Assembly (NCBI GenBank): GCA_026414185.1
Contig: JAOAJL010000001.1
Span: 82,987 to 146,986, forward strand
Reading direction: 5' to 3'
DNA: 64,000 bases
From: Candidatus Micrarchaeota archaeon
Lineage (GTDB): Archaea > Micrarchaeota > Micrarchaeia > Anstonellales > Anstonellaceae
The notes under the pieces are model-generated. The model worked only from the letters and a program-made list of their open reading frames with translations. It was not told where the DNA came from and did no database searches. Made by a program: the position numbers and the translations under genes. Shown in pieces: positions 29,639 to 39,121 of this stretch (position 1 is the first letter of the stretch; every line of letters begins with the position of its first letter).

Positions 29639-29834
29639 TTTTACTTCCTAAAAGGTATATAAAACTATTGGTTATAAGTGGAAAAACAAAGTAGCAGTTT
29701 GTCACTTATTACAATTTGCCAATCCGATGTCTGCCAAAAAAAAACAACTCGTAAAACTCTTGCCGTAGCTGCAAACAGTCAAAAGCTCATCTTTATAAAC
29801 AAAAGATAGCACAATAAACAGAGGCGGTGGTTCG

Positions 29835-32800
29835 GTGTTCCTCTTTCAGGTAAAACTTACTGATTTTTCAGATAAGCTGCTTCCCCAATTTGAGCAACTT
29901 TTCAAAGACATGTTCAAGGGCGGCAAGAAGCCCACAGCAGATGAAATTCGCGAATTTTTCAAGAGGGTGGGCGAGCTTTACAAGCAGATGATCAAAGAAG
30001 ATGAGGAATCCCGCAAGTCCAGTGGCGCGCACCACAAGGATTTCTACGCAGTTTCAGCTTTTTGCTACAATGCCTATTCTTGGCTGAAAGACAACGCACC
30101 ACACATGGATTTTCTAAGCGAATCCGATCGGTCGGAAATCGCCTATCAATCAGGAAAGATGATGGAAGACATCAAGCCGACGGCACCTCAAAAAATCAAG
30201 GAGCTTGGCTTTGATTCCGCGGCATTTGAAGAAAAAAGCAAAAAATTCCAGTTTTTCCATGAGGAGGGATATTCCCTCGCACCAAAAACGGAGCAAGTAG
30301 TGCCTGTCACCGGATATTCATACAAAGACTTGGAGGAGCAATTCCTTCAAATCCATATGAACCTAAAACACTATGATCAGGCCACCTTGCGCTCATTTTA
30401 CGAACGCGTCTTGGGGCTTTATTCTTCCATCAACAGACAGTCCCTCTCGGATGTGGAAAATGCAAAGCAGATTGCATTCTGCATAAATGCGCTTGAGTGG
30501 CTGGCGGAGGCATTTGGAACTGCCGGCTTGAAAGGACTGGCGGCAGAAGCGACAAACAAATCCAACGAGCTTAAAAATCTCTCATCCAGCGTGCTTGAAA
30601 AGGAAAAAAGGCACTACGCCCACTACTTTGCCGCCGTCTCACATCTTGTCGTGCAGCTGCAGAGCGGCAAGCAGGCGTTTCTATTCAACCAAAGAGGGGT
30701 GGAGCTTCTTGTCAAAATGCTTGACGATGCTTCCGAGAAAAACAGGACTACGGTTGCAATAGCCTTTCCATCGACGGAGCTTGCCGATATATTCCGAACC
30801 CAAGTGCTCCCCCACCTTCCCTTCGCGAAGATAAGTGATGTAAAAGTGAAAAACGGCGACGAATACACCAGCTTCAACCTGGCCGGCAAGACAGTCGTGT
30901 CTTTCAGTTGCGACTACGACCCTGCGAACCAGCCAAAGCCGTATGTGCAAGTGCCAGCTGAAAAGGAAGAAATCTCACAGGAGGAAGAAATAGACATAAA
31001 AAAGACCAAAAAAGAGCAAACCGAACGGCTCCCCCCCGGCATAACGGAAGAAGAAAAAAAGAACCTCTTGCAAAACGTTCAGCAAACGCCTGTTCTGGAA
31101 AGCAGCCGCAGAGGAGAGTCTAACATAGAGGAAGTTGCAGGTCTTTACTATGCCCTTCGTTACCAAGGGCGAAACCCAGAAAGCAAGGAAGTGGTGCGTT
31201 CAACAGTCATCAAGGTCCTGGAGCTTCTTGCCGCCCACTACGGCTATCAGGCAGGCAAGGACTACCAGCACATAGAAGACTTCGTCAAGACTGAGGATGG
31301 CAAAAATTTCCTGCGGAACGTCCGGGACAAGATAACAAGAATAATCGGCTCTGCGAGCGTGGAAGTCTTCTATACCGGAAACAACTACAAAGCATATCGC
31401 AACGCCCTTGTGAGCAATTGGAACGACGCAGCTGGGCAGCGCGCAGAGATGGCGCTTGACGCCTTTAACGAACTTCTGATTTCAGCCGGGCTTGAGGCGG
31501 TCCACGCAGAAACAACCATGCGGCTGCACGTCTACCAGGACATAGACGAGAATCTCAAAAACAGGCTTCTCAACGACAGCTACGTTCCAGAGGACATGAA
31601 AAACTGGCTGAGAAACACCTACAAATACGGCGACGGGCAGAAAAACCTCACGGACCTCATGAACTACCTGAAAGAGCACGACAAGAGCGGAACTACATAC
31701 CAAAAGCTCCTTTCCTGCTGCAGCGTTTCAACCGATGAGAACGGCAATGAGGTCTACACCCTCACCAATCCCGCACAGATGAACGTCTACTTTTCCAGAA
31801 TGCCAAGTGACACTACGCTGCGCGGCAAGGGCAACAAAAATGGGCTGAGAAACGAATCCGACCCCGACAATATGCTTGTGAATGCGATCGAAGAGGGCTT
31901 CACTACACAGGGCTCATCACGCTCAGTCGCCTTCAACGTTTCTTTCAGCGGCGAGCTTGGGATAAGACAGGAGAATATCACAAGCAAAACATACAAGCCA
32001 GGAGAAACAATCTCCGTGAAAATAGAAGCGCCATACAAGATTGAAGGGGAGAACGTTGATTTCATGCGCGGAATGAACGAGAATGGCGTTTCTGATTACG
32101 GGAAGGTAGTCGTTGAAATATATGATGAGACAGGCAAGAAGCTTGACTGCCCGGTTAAGATTGTCAAGAAGCAGGACGGCTATTATGCCGAATTTACTCC
32201 GCGGCAGGAAGACTTGAAGGTAGAAACAAGCGAAAAAAAGCTTGAGCCGAAGAAGACAAAGAGCAAAGACGGAGAAACCCAAGTGACGAAAGAGACAGAA
32301 TACACCAAGAAAACCCACGGCAATTTCTCAATAGTTGCATATGCCATATCTGAAGACGGCAAGCTTAACTCCGGCATGACGGGTCAGACGCTAAAGGTTG
32401 AGCACACCGAAAAAATTTCCAAGAAGGAATATGAAAAAATCAAAGAAGAGAAAAAGCGTTCCGTAGAGGAGCCATACCCAGTCACATACCCGATAAATAC
32501 GAAGTTCCAGTTTTTCACCACCGGCTTTGATTTCAGCTCAAACACTTCCATCCTCTACGGCCAAAAATATCTTAGTGAATTCAGAAATGCAATTATTGAA
32601 GCAAATAATCTTTTTCAAAAAGGGAAGATTGATGAGGGGCTGCAGATACTCAAAAGCCGCCTCTACAACGAGGCAAATCCAAACGACCCTAACACCCTTT
32701 TCGGCAAGCTGAAAGCCCTTATCGAAAACCCCCCCACGCCAGGAGAGCAAAAATTGGCTCAAAACTGGCTGCTCGCATTTGGAAAAGACATGAACAAGAT

Positions 32801-33695
32801 GGAAGAGTTTTTCAAGAATCTTGTGGCAGGCAACTTTGCTTCAGCCTACCGGCTCATGGCGGACGGAACAGAATTGAAAAGGAATACGAACCTCGTGACA
32901 ACCGAGCTTTCGCTGACTGGCTTTGATGCCATCCTCGGTTTTCTCCAGTATTCTGTAAACACTTATCAGGCAAAGCTGAACATCAACATCTCAAAGGAAA
33001 AGATACTTGGCATGCGAGGCATGATAAATCTTTACGTCACCTACGAGCACTCAACAGGAACATTCACCTTCAGAGACTTCCCACTTTCCGAACATGAAAG
33101 ACAAGCAGGCAACATAACGGTGATGGCAGTGGTGTTTCCAGCGGAGCAGCTTGCGGCATTCGTAACAGGAGGCATCTCCGCAGGGCGCTACAAGACGGTT
33201 TCGCTTGGGAAAACCGATATTGCCTGGATGCATGGATTCAACACCAGTATAGGCATCCAATATGATTTCCTATCAGGCTTGCTCAAAGGGCTGCGGACGA
33301 AAATCGAAACTCTATACGAGCACTACTTTATCAAGAACGAGAAAGGAGAGTGGGTAGACACCTGGGCCCTCACCCCTTCTATGCGAATCACCGCCCAGGA
33401 CTATCTTGGCGGGTGGTTCAAGCCCTATTGGGAAGGAAGCTTCAAAGTGACTGAGAAGAACTGGAAGGAGCGCTTTTATGTCGGAACAGGAGAGATCGGA
33501 GCAATGCTGCGCCCATTCTACAATACTGACCTTGCGGTCTTGAAACACATCAACATAGATCTGGCAGGTAGCATCACAACAGTAAGGAACCAGCCTCCGC
33601 ACTATGGCCTTAGAGCGTCCTTGATTATCCCGATCCTTTCAGGCGAGGATGAAATAAATGCCCGGCAATCTTATATGACGAAGACGAAGGGCTAA
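29835..33695 (+). CDS. Large multidomain orphan: helical repeats, Ig-like domain, putative C-terminal beta-barrel
   Basis: 1286-aa ORF with GGTGG SD. The domain reading is by pattern only. Confidence 0.75.
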   Translation: MFLFQVKLTDFSDKLLPQFEQLFKDMFKGGKKPTADEIREFFKRVGELYKQMIKEDEESRKSSGAHHKDFYAVSAFCYNAYSWLKDNAPHMDFLSESDRSEIAYQSGKMMEDIKPTAPQKIKELGFDSAAFEEKSKKFQFFHEEGYSLAPKTEQVVPVTGYSYKDLEEQFLQIHMNLKHYDQATLRSFYERVLGLYSSINRQSLSDVENAKQIAFCINALEWLAEAFGTAGLKGLAAEATNKSNELKNLSSSVLEKEKRHYAHYFAAVSHLVVQLQSGKQAFLFNQRGVELLVKMLDDASEKNRTTVAIAFPSTELADIFRTQVLPHLPFAKISDVKVKNGDEYTSFNLAGKTVVSFSCDYDPANQPKPYVQVPAEKEEISQEEEIDIKKTKKEQTERLPPGITEEEKKNLLQNVQQTPVLESSRRGESNIEEVAGLYYALRYQGRNPESKEVVRSTVIKVLELLAAHYGYQAGKDYQHIEDFVKTEDGKNFLRNVRDKITRIIGSASVEVFYTGNNYKAYRNALVSNWNDAAGQRAEMALDAFNELLISAGLEAVHAETTMRLHVYQDIDENLKNRLLNDSYVPEDMKNWLRNTYKYGDGQKNLTDLMNYLKEHDKSGTTYQKLLSCCSVSTDENGNEVYTLTNPAQMNVYFSRMPSDTTLRGKGNKNGLRNESDPDNMLVNAIEEGFTTQGSSRSVAFNVSFSGELGIRQENITSKTYKPGETISVKIEAPYKIEGENVDFMRGMNENGVSDYGKVVVEIYDETGKKLDCPVKIVKKQDGYYAEFTPRQEDLKVETSEKKLEPKKTKSKDGETQVTKETEYTKKTHGNFSIVAYAISEDGKLNSGMTGQTLKVEHTEKISKKEYEKIKEEKKRSVEEPYPVTYPINTKFQFFTTGFDFSSNTSILYGQKYLSEFRNAIIEANNLFQKGKIDEGLQILKSRLYNEANPNDPNTLFGKLKALIENPPTPGEQKLAQNWLLAFGKDMNKMEEFFKNLVAGNFASAYRLMADGTELKRNTNLVTTELSLTGFDAILGFLQYSVNTYQAKLNINISKEKILGMRGMINLYVTYEHSTGTFTFRDFPLSEHERQAGNITVMAVVFPAEQLAAFVTGGISAGRYKTVSLGKTDIAWMHGFNTSIGIQYDFLSGLLKGLRTKIETLYEHYFIKNEKGEWVDTWALTPSMRITAQDYLGGWFKPYWEGSFKVTEKNWKERFYVGTGEIGAMLRPFYNTDLAVLKHINIDLAGSITTVRNQPPHYGLRASLIIPILSGEDEINARQSYMTKTKG

Positions 33696-33706
33696 GAGGG
33701 AGTTGG

Positions 33707-36499
33707 ATGAATCGGAAGATTGCGGCACTGGCTACTTTGTGCATTCTATTCGGGCTTCTCTTTTCAGCGCCAGTCCCATTTACATTCCGGCTTGGAACTA
33801 GCCCAAATTTGAATTACACATATATAAAAAGTGAGATGGAAGCAACCCCCGCAATCTCAGCTCCTCAAGTAATATGCGCAGGAACGCCCATCCAGCTGAC
33901 ATTGAATGTAAATTCCGGCTGGAGGTATTCCACGTTTGAGGGTGGAACTGCAAGCGGCGCAATTAACCAAGGCGAGCTTATCTCAAATTACAATCAGGCA
34001 AGCGGGGTTTATCCTATAAAATGGTCAACAAAAACAGTGCAGTCCGGACTTCGCTCTTATCAGCAATATTTCGAGTGGCATCCGACCAACACTTGGGAAG
34101 GAATGCTTAATTCTTGGGGATTAGGTGATTATCCGCAAAGCACGGAGAAGGAAGTGGGCATAAGATACCAGCTGCCAAACAACCAGCCCGGCTATTTTAA
34201 TGGAAAATACCGGGCGTATGTTGGAATGATTTGCGCAGGCACGGCATCCATTGTTGTTGATGGAAACAGCATCAGCTCGGAGGAGTACTTGGGCAGCTCA
34301 ATAACAAAAACACACACATTCAGTGCAGGTCAGCACAGCCTCGGGGCGACTCTGTATATAGACGACTGCGCAGTTCCGATCCGCAACATACTAAGCAACC
34401 CTGAAAGGATATTTAACGTATGGACGACGATAGACTACAACTTCCACCCAACTTTTACAGCAACAAACCAAAACATCTTCGTATTAGAAAATTTCCTGTG
34501 CGGGGAGTTGCCGATTTCAAACCAGTGGGTAAGCAACCCCAACCCGGCTCCAAGCGCGCAGGTTTCCTTCCGCTTTGACCTGTCCAATCCTTTTGCCCGA
34601 GACATAAGAATAAACTCAATATCTCTCTCACCGCAGTCTTCGCCAGGCTTCACCAACTTCAATGCAGGACCGGCAAACACAGTAATCCCACCTGGGCAGT
34701 CAAGGCAATTTACGGGAAGTGTCAATGTTCCGCCATCCCCCGGAAGCAAGACGATGTACGTGGATGTTTCATTTGACCCGGTAAATACGCAGTGCGCGCA
34801 GACTGGCTGTGCAAGCAACGCGCGCTTTGTCTTTACCATAAACATTCCCGCCCCCTCCCAAAAGCCAGACTACATCCCCCTCATCTCCACCACAACTGCC
34901 TACGTAGGAGAGCAATTCACCGCGACGATAATAACCCGCAACCAGGGCAACCGCGACTGCGAGAACCAGACGCAGACGAACTACGAGTTCAACGGAGCAA
35001 ACCAGGGCTTCTTCAGCGTCCGACCCCTTGCTGCAGGCGGAGACCAGCAGGCAGACAGCCGCAATTTCACCTGCCCGTCAATACAAGGAAGCTACCCCCT
35101 GGCAGCAACGGCTGACGCCACCTTCAAATGCGATGAGAGCAACGAGAGCAACAACTACCTGCAAGTGCAGGTCAACTGCATTCCGCGCCCCCTTCTCCCA
35201 CCGGTTTCATGCACGCTCTCACCCAATCCAGGGGGAACATTCGTCCTTGGAGCAAGCGGCACATTCACCGCGGCTTGCCGTGACATAAACAACGCCCCCA
35301 CTTACTGCCCGCAGCTTTCATGGACAAGCACAAGAGGCACTATGAGCCCGCAGACCACGCAAAACGGCACCAGCAACCCGCAAAGCGTATTCACAGCCGC
35401 AAGCGTGGGGGCAGGCGAAGTGCGCGCCACTGCCGCCAACTTCTTCTGCGCCTCTCCAATAAGCGTTATTTCCTCATTTGCAAACCTCACTTTAGCTTGC
35501 AGCCTCGTAGGGCACAGCCCGTATTTCTTCCCAGGGGAATCCGCGCAGGTCCGCGCAGACTGCCTTGGAAGCGGAGAGACATGCCCGGCTCTTTCATGGT
35601 CAACAACCATAATCCAGGCAAGCATGAACCCGCAGACCACTCTTCCTGGACCGTCGCCCCGCTTTTCGCTTTTCTCAATTGCGCCCTCCGCGCCAACCCC
35701 GCAGGCAGGAACAATCAGGGTGCAGTGCGCAAACCCGGAAGAATGCAGCGCGACGTGCGATGTGAATGTGAATCTCTATCCGGTTCCAAACAGGCTTGTC
35801 TGCTCGCTTGAAAACCGCACGCAGGTTCCGCCAAACCTCTTTTCCGCAAACGACTGGAGCTGGGTGCGCGGCAGGTGTTACTCCTTTGACTCCGAAACCG
35901 CCTGCCCAAACCTGACGTGGTTCACAAGAGACCAGCCAATCCCCAACAGCTACTTTGAGCCAAACCCGACGCCCCAGCAGGTCGGGCCTCTGACTAACTT
36001 CTCCACCCGCGATGTGCCCCCGCCATTCCCAAGATACGGATTTATTGACGCAAGAAGCGCAAACCCGGCAATCCCTGCCATCGCCTGTGAGGCAGCAATC
36101 AACATCAGCGTCGTCCCAGTGATTGGGCCAAACTACCAAATCGTCCTTCTCAAACCCTCAAAAGTCCTTGCTTTGCAAGGGGAGAGGGTGAAAATAAGCA
36201 TCTGGACCAGGAACGTGGGCAACCTGCGGGCGCAAGGGCAGTCGCTCACGCTGACAAGGGTATTGCCTGAGGATTGCCTGCCCGACAGGTATGTCGTCCC
36301 TCCGCTCATGCCTGGGGAAACCGACACCCACAGCCGCTATGACTACGAATGCCCATGCACAACTGTCGGTCTGCACCGGATAGTCGCAGAGGCAAACGCA
36401 GACAGAGCCATATCTGAGACAGACTATTCCGACAACAACAGAACCGCGGTTTTCTACTGCGGAAGCAACTACACCCTCATCTGCCCTGACTACGTTTAG
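33707..36499 (+). CDS. Secreted CARDB/Ig-repeat Cys-rich surface protein
   Basis: Signal peptide, two CARDB-type motifs (TRNQG...ESNESNN; TRNVG...ETDYSDNN) and three CxL...CPxLxW repeats. Confidence 0.8.
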   Translation: MNRKIAALATLCILFGLLFSAPVPFTFRLGTSPNLNYTYIKSEMEATPAISAPQVICAGTPIQLTLNVNSGWRYSTFEGGTASGAINQGELISNYNQASGVYPIKWSTKTVQSGLRSYQQYFEWHPTNTWEGMLNSWGLGDYPQSTEKEVGIRYQLPNNQPGYFNGKYRAYVGMICAGTASIVVDGNSISSEEYLGSSITKTHTFSAGQHSLGATLYIDDCAVPIRNILSNPERIFNVWTTIDYNFHPTFTATNQNIFVLENFLCGELPISNQWVSNPNPAPSAQVSFRFDLSNPFARDIRINSISLSPQSSPGFTNFNAGPANTVIPPGQSRQFTGSVNVPPSPGSKTMYVDVSFDPVNTQCAQTGCASNARFVFTINIPAPSQKPDYIPLISTTTAYVGEQFTATIITRNQGNRDCENQTQTNYEFNGANQGFFSVRPLAAGGDQQADSRNFTCPSIQGSYPLAATADATFKCDESNESNNYLQVQVNCIPRPLLPPVSCTLSPNPGGTFVLGASGTFTAACRDINNAPTYCPQLSWTSTRGTMSPQTTQNGTSNPQSVFTAASVGAGEVRATAANFFCASPISVISSFANLTLACSLVGHSPYFFPGESAQVRADCLGSGETCPALSWSTTIIQASMNPQTTLPGPSPRFSLFSIAPSAPTPQAGTIRVQCANPEECSATCDVNVNLYPVPNRLVCSLENRTQVPPNLFSANDWSWVRGRCYSFDSETACPNLTWFTRDQPIPNSYFEPNPTPQQVGPLTNFSTRDVPPPFPRYGFIDARSANPAIPAIACEAAINISVVPVIGPNYQIVLLKPSKVLALQGERVKISIWTRNVGNLRAQGQSLTLTRVLPEDCLPDRYVVPPLMPGETDTHSRYDYECPCTTVGLHRIVAEANADRAISETDYSDNNRTAVFYCGSNYTLICPDYV

Positions 36500-36577
36500 C
36501 CTGCTTGGGCTTTTTTCCATGCCTGTGCTTTGCTTTACCACAAATATTATTAAAATTCCCAGAGAAAAGCCACCAAT

Positions 36578-37237
36578 ATGGCTAATCTTTTCAACCTGCC
36601 ATTTATGAGGAAAGGCGACGGCTCTTCCCAGTCCGGACAGCCAGGAGGCTCAGGCCAGGCTTCGCCCGAGCCACCAGAACCTGAAGTTTCCGAGCAGGAG
36701 CTGCGCCTGCGGCTTTACAAGCTCATAATTGAGCGCTACCGTGACATGATTGAGGACTGCGAGCGGAAGACGGTGACGGATTTGAAGGGACTGATAGCTC
36801 CCAACAGCGAGCCGATTGCCAAGATAAGGGATTCCATAATCTCGGATTTCCACCCCTATATCTTTGAGCAGCATTTCCCAGAGGCGTCAAAGATGGCTTT
36901 TTCCTATGTCTCTTCCTTCCGCACAATCTCCCCGCCTGTTTCTTTCTGGCTGACATTCTCAGACATGCAGGAGCTTATGGCTGGAGATGAGATAGACAAG
37001 TCAATCCTTCTGTGCTCGCTTCTCCGCTCCCTTGGCTGCGAAAACGCCAAGGTGCTCGTGACGGATTCAAAAAAAGCCTACGTGCTCTTTGAGCACCAGG
37101 GCAGAAGCTTTGTGGCAAATCACTCCCAAAAGGAGCTTTCCTCATATGAAAGCAGCCAGCAGGCGCTCTCCTCCCTCTCAGGCAAAGCCCTTTATGCGTT
37201 TAACGATAAGGAATATGAAGACTTCCAAGAATCTTGA
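36578..37237 (+). CDS. Transglutaminase-like fold protein lacking the catalytic Cys
   Basis: WLTFSDM...GDEIDKSILLCSLLRSLG, compared with the canonical GDCEDxAILL. Confidence 0.65.
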   Translation: MANLFNLPFMRKGDGSSQSGQPGGSGQASPEPPEPEVSEQELRLRLYKLIIERYRDMIEDCERKTVTDLKGLIAPNSEPIAKIRDSIISDFHPYIFEQHFPEASKMAFSYVSSFRTISPPVSFWLTFSDMQELMAGDEIDKSILLCSLLRSLGCENAKVLVTDSKKAYVLFEHQGRSFVANHSQKELSSYESSQQALSSLSGKALYAFNDKEYEDFQES

Positions 37238-37260
37238 AATCCACTCCGCGCGGTGATTCC

Positions 37261-37947
37261 ATGGATTCCTCTGAAAAGCACGTTGACAGCAAGGTGAAGC
37301 TGGTGTGGTTTGCCCCCACAGCAATCGCCATCGTGTTCATCTGGCTTGCCGCTTCCCTTTTTTATGCGGTCCTGATGCCCGATGGCTCCATAGCAGGGCT
37401 TTCAGACCTCGCCTTCGCCGTGCTTTTTCTTCTTGCCATTCTGCTTCTTGCCGGGCTTCCCGTCTATCTGTGGCTTGAGCTTACCTACCGCAACCTCACC
37501 TACCAGCTCACCGAGAGGGAGATAGTCATCCGCGAGGGGGTTCTTGCCAGAAAAACGACGGTAATTCCCTACGACAAGATACAGGATATTTCCTCTACCC
37601 GCAGCCTTTTTGAGAGGCTCGTGGGGCTTGCAACGCTTGAAATAGAGACTGCCGGCAGCTCGCGCACAGCCTCAGAAACCCTGCTGCCCGGAATCGCAAA
37701 CAAAGACGAGTTCATAAGCGAGGTGATGCGCAGGGTGGAAAGCACAAAGCCAAAAGAAGGAGCGTCCCAAAAAGAGCACCAGCCAAGTCCGTCCGAGGCA
37801 CTCCTCTCCGAGATTCTGAAAGAATTAAAAACAATTTCGCTCAAACTGGACAGCTTGTCCAAGGAATCCCAAAAAAGACCAGCCCTAAAGCCTGAAAGGA
37901 CAGGCGCCTCAATATTTGAGGAATATGGGCAGTTCAAAAAGAGGTAG
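37261..37947 (+). CDS. Bacterial PH-domain (bPH_2, YdbS-like) membrane protein
   Basis: Two TM helices, then YQLTEREIVIREGVL, IPYDKIQDI, GLATLEIETAG. Confidence 0.85.
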   Translation: MDSSEKHVDSKVKLVWFAPTAIAIVFIWLAASLFYAVLMPDGSIAGLSDLAFAVLFLLAILLLAGLPVYLWLELTYRNLTYQLTEREIVIREGVLARKTTVIPYDKIQDISSTRSLFERLVGLATLEIETAGSSRTASETLLPGIANKDEFISEVMRRVESTKPKEGASQKEHQPSPSEALLSEILKELKTISLKLDSLSKESQKRPALKPERTGASIFEEYGQFKKR

Positions 37948-37951
37948 ATAG

Positions 37952-38125
37952 ATGGTCAGCTTTTCAAAATACGAGCTTGCAAGGCTAATTGGCGCTCGCG
38001 CCCTGCAGCTGTCCTATGGCGCGCCCCCACTTGTTGAGGTGAAGCCAGGCTCAACTGCGATAGATGTTGCCAAGGCTGAGCTTGAAATGGGCGTGATACC
38101 TCTTGTCGTTCTTCGGCAGGCTTAG
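37952..38125 (+). CDS. rpo6: RNA polymerase subunit Rpo6 (K)
   Basis: My translation gives MVSFSKYELARLIGARALQLSYGAPPLV...IPLVVLRQA* (57 aa, below the ORF-track cutoff). Confidence 0.95.
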   Translation: MVSFSKYELARLIGARALQLSYGAPPLVEVKPGSTAIDVAKAELEMGVIPLVVLRQA

Positions 38126-38802
38126 CGCTCAGACTGCCTTTCCGGCTCAGTGGGGTTGGAAAAGCAAAAGTCAAGCAGCCTGCTTTGCTTTTCTGCCGCA
38201 AGCGTCGCCCATTTCTTCCTTATGTATTTTTCAAGCAGAGGGTATTGCCTTCTTTTCGCTATTATCTGCTGGGTGAATGGGTCGGACGTGTAGCCTGAGT
38301 TGAAATCCACCCCAACCTCCTTTTTTATCCTCTCAATTTCCCTGTCGCGGGTGACTTTCGCGATGATGGAAGCGGCGCCTACAATCACATACTTGTCGTC
38401 AGCCTTGTTGGTACACACCAGTTTCAGCTTCGTCTTGAGATACCTCTCAATCCTCTTCGCGAATTTTTGCGGGACATTATCAGGCGAATCCACATAGACA
38501 GTGGCATTCTTTATGCCGAGGGTGTCAAGGGCATGCGCTATCTTCATCGCCTCAATCTCGTTTAAGTTGTGCTTTTCCATCAGCAGATTGATTTCCTCCG
38601 CAGTTATCTTTACAGTCGTGTATCTTGTCAGCCTTCCGACCTTGCCATAAAGCCGTTCTCTCTGGCGCGGCGTGAGGCGCTTTGAATCCTTCACGCCCAG
38701 CTCTTTGAGGCGGTATTCTTCCAGCGGGTTTATGGCAGCTGCACAGATGACCATCGGGCCTATTATGCAGCCGCGCCCAGCCTCATCAACGCCCACAATC
38801 AT
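38122..38802 (-). CDS. rnhB: Ribonuclease HII
   Basis: GVDEAGRG, DSK, AASIIAKV, SGY and PIP box QSRLLDF. Confidence 0.95.
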   Translation of the reverse strand: MIVGVDEAGRGCIIGPMVICAAAINPLEEYRLKELGVKDSKRLTPRQRERLYGKVGRLTRYTTVKITAEEINLLMEKHNLNEIEAMKIAHALDTLGIKNATVYVDSPDNVPQKFAKRIERYLKTKLKLVCTNKADDKYVIVGAASIIAKVTRDREIERIKKEVGVDFNSGYTSDPFTQQIIAKRRQYPLLEKYIRKKWATLAAEKQSRLLDFCFSNPTEPERQSER

Positions 38803-38853
38803 GCCAACCACGCCTAAAGCATTTCGTTTCAAAGGTTAATAAGCGCTATCCCA

Positions 38854-39099
38854 TCAGGCAACCTCAATCTCCTTTACCGTCAGACTGCCCTCTTCACCCC
38901 CGTCATTTATCTCCACGCTTGCGTTTGGGAACGCCGCGTGCATAGCCTTTGCGATTTCAACCTTGGAAATCCTGCCGACTCCGACTGCGAGCCGGATGAC
39001 AAGAACACGCTGCCCGCCTGCCGCTTCCCTTATTATCTCAATCGCCTGCCGTATCATGCTTGGCGGCTCGGGCTCATCCGTCGTGGTGGTTTCCTCCAT
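38854..39099 (-). CDS. Small protein resembling a HypA scaffold without metal ligands
   Basis: RVLVIRLAVG and C-terminal LTVKEIEV. No MHE start and no CxxC. Confidence 0.5.
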   Translation of the reverse strand: MEETTTTDEPEPPSMIRQAIEIIREAAGGQRVLVIRLAVGVGRISKVEIAKAMHAAFPNASVEINDGGEEGSLTVKEIEVA

Positions 39100-39121
39100 G
39101 CTAAAAGTAGGCAAGCAAGCT

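Noticed and set aside
29736-29744. A9 tract as a phase-variation switch in the divergent promoter
   Set aside because: A and T runs of 7-9 nt are common throughout the window, and there is no evidence of length variation.
22518-36499. Diversity-generating retroelement acting on the surface proteins
   Set aside because: No reverse transcriptase and no template/variable repeat pair differing at adenines was seen in the window.
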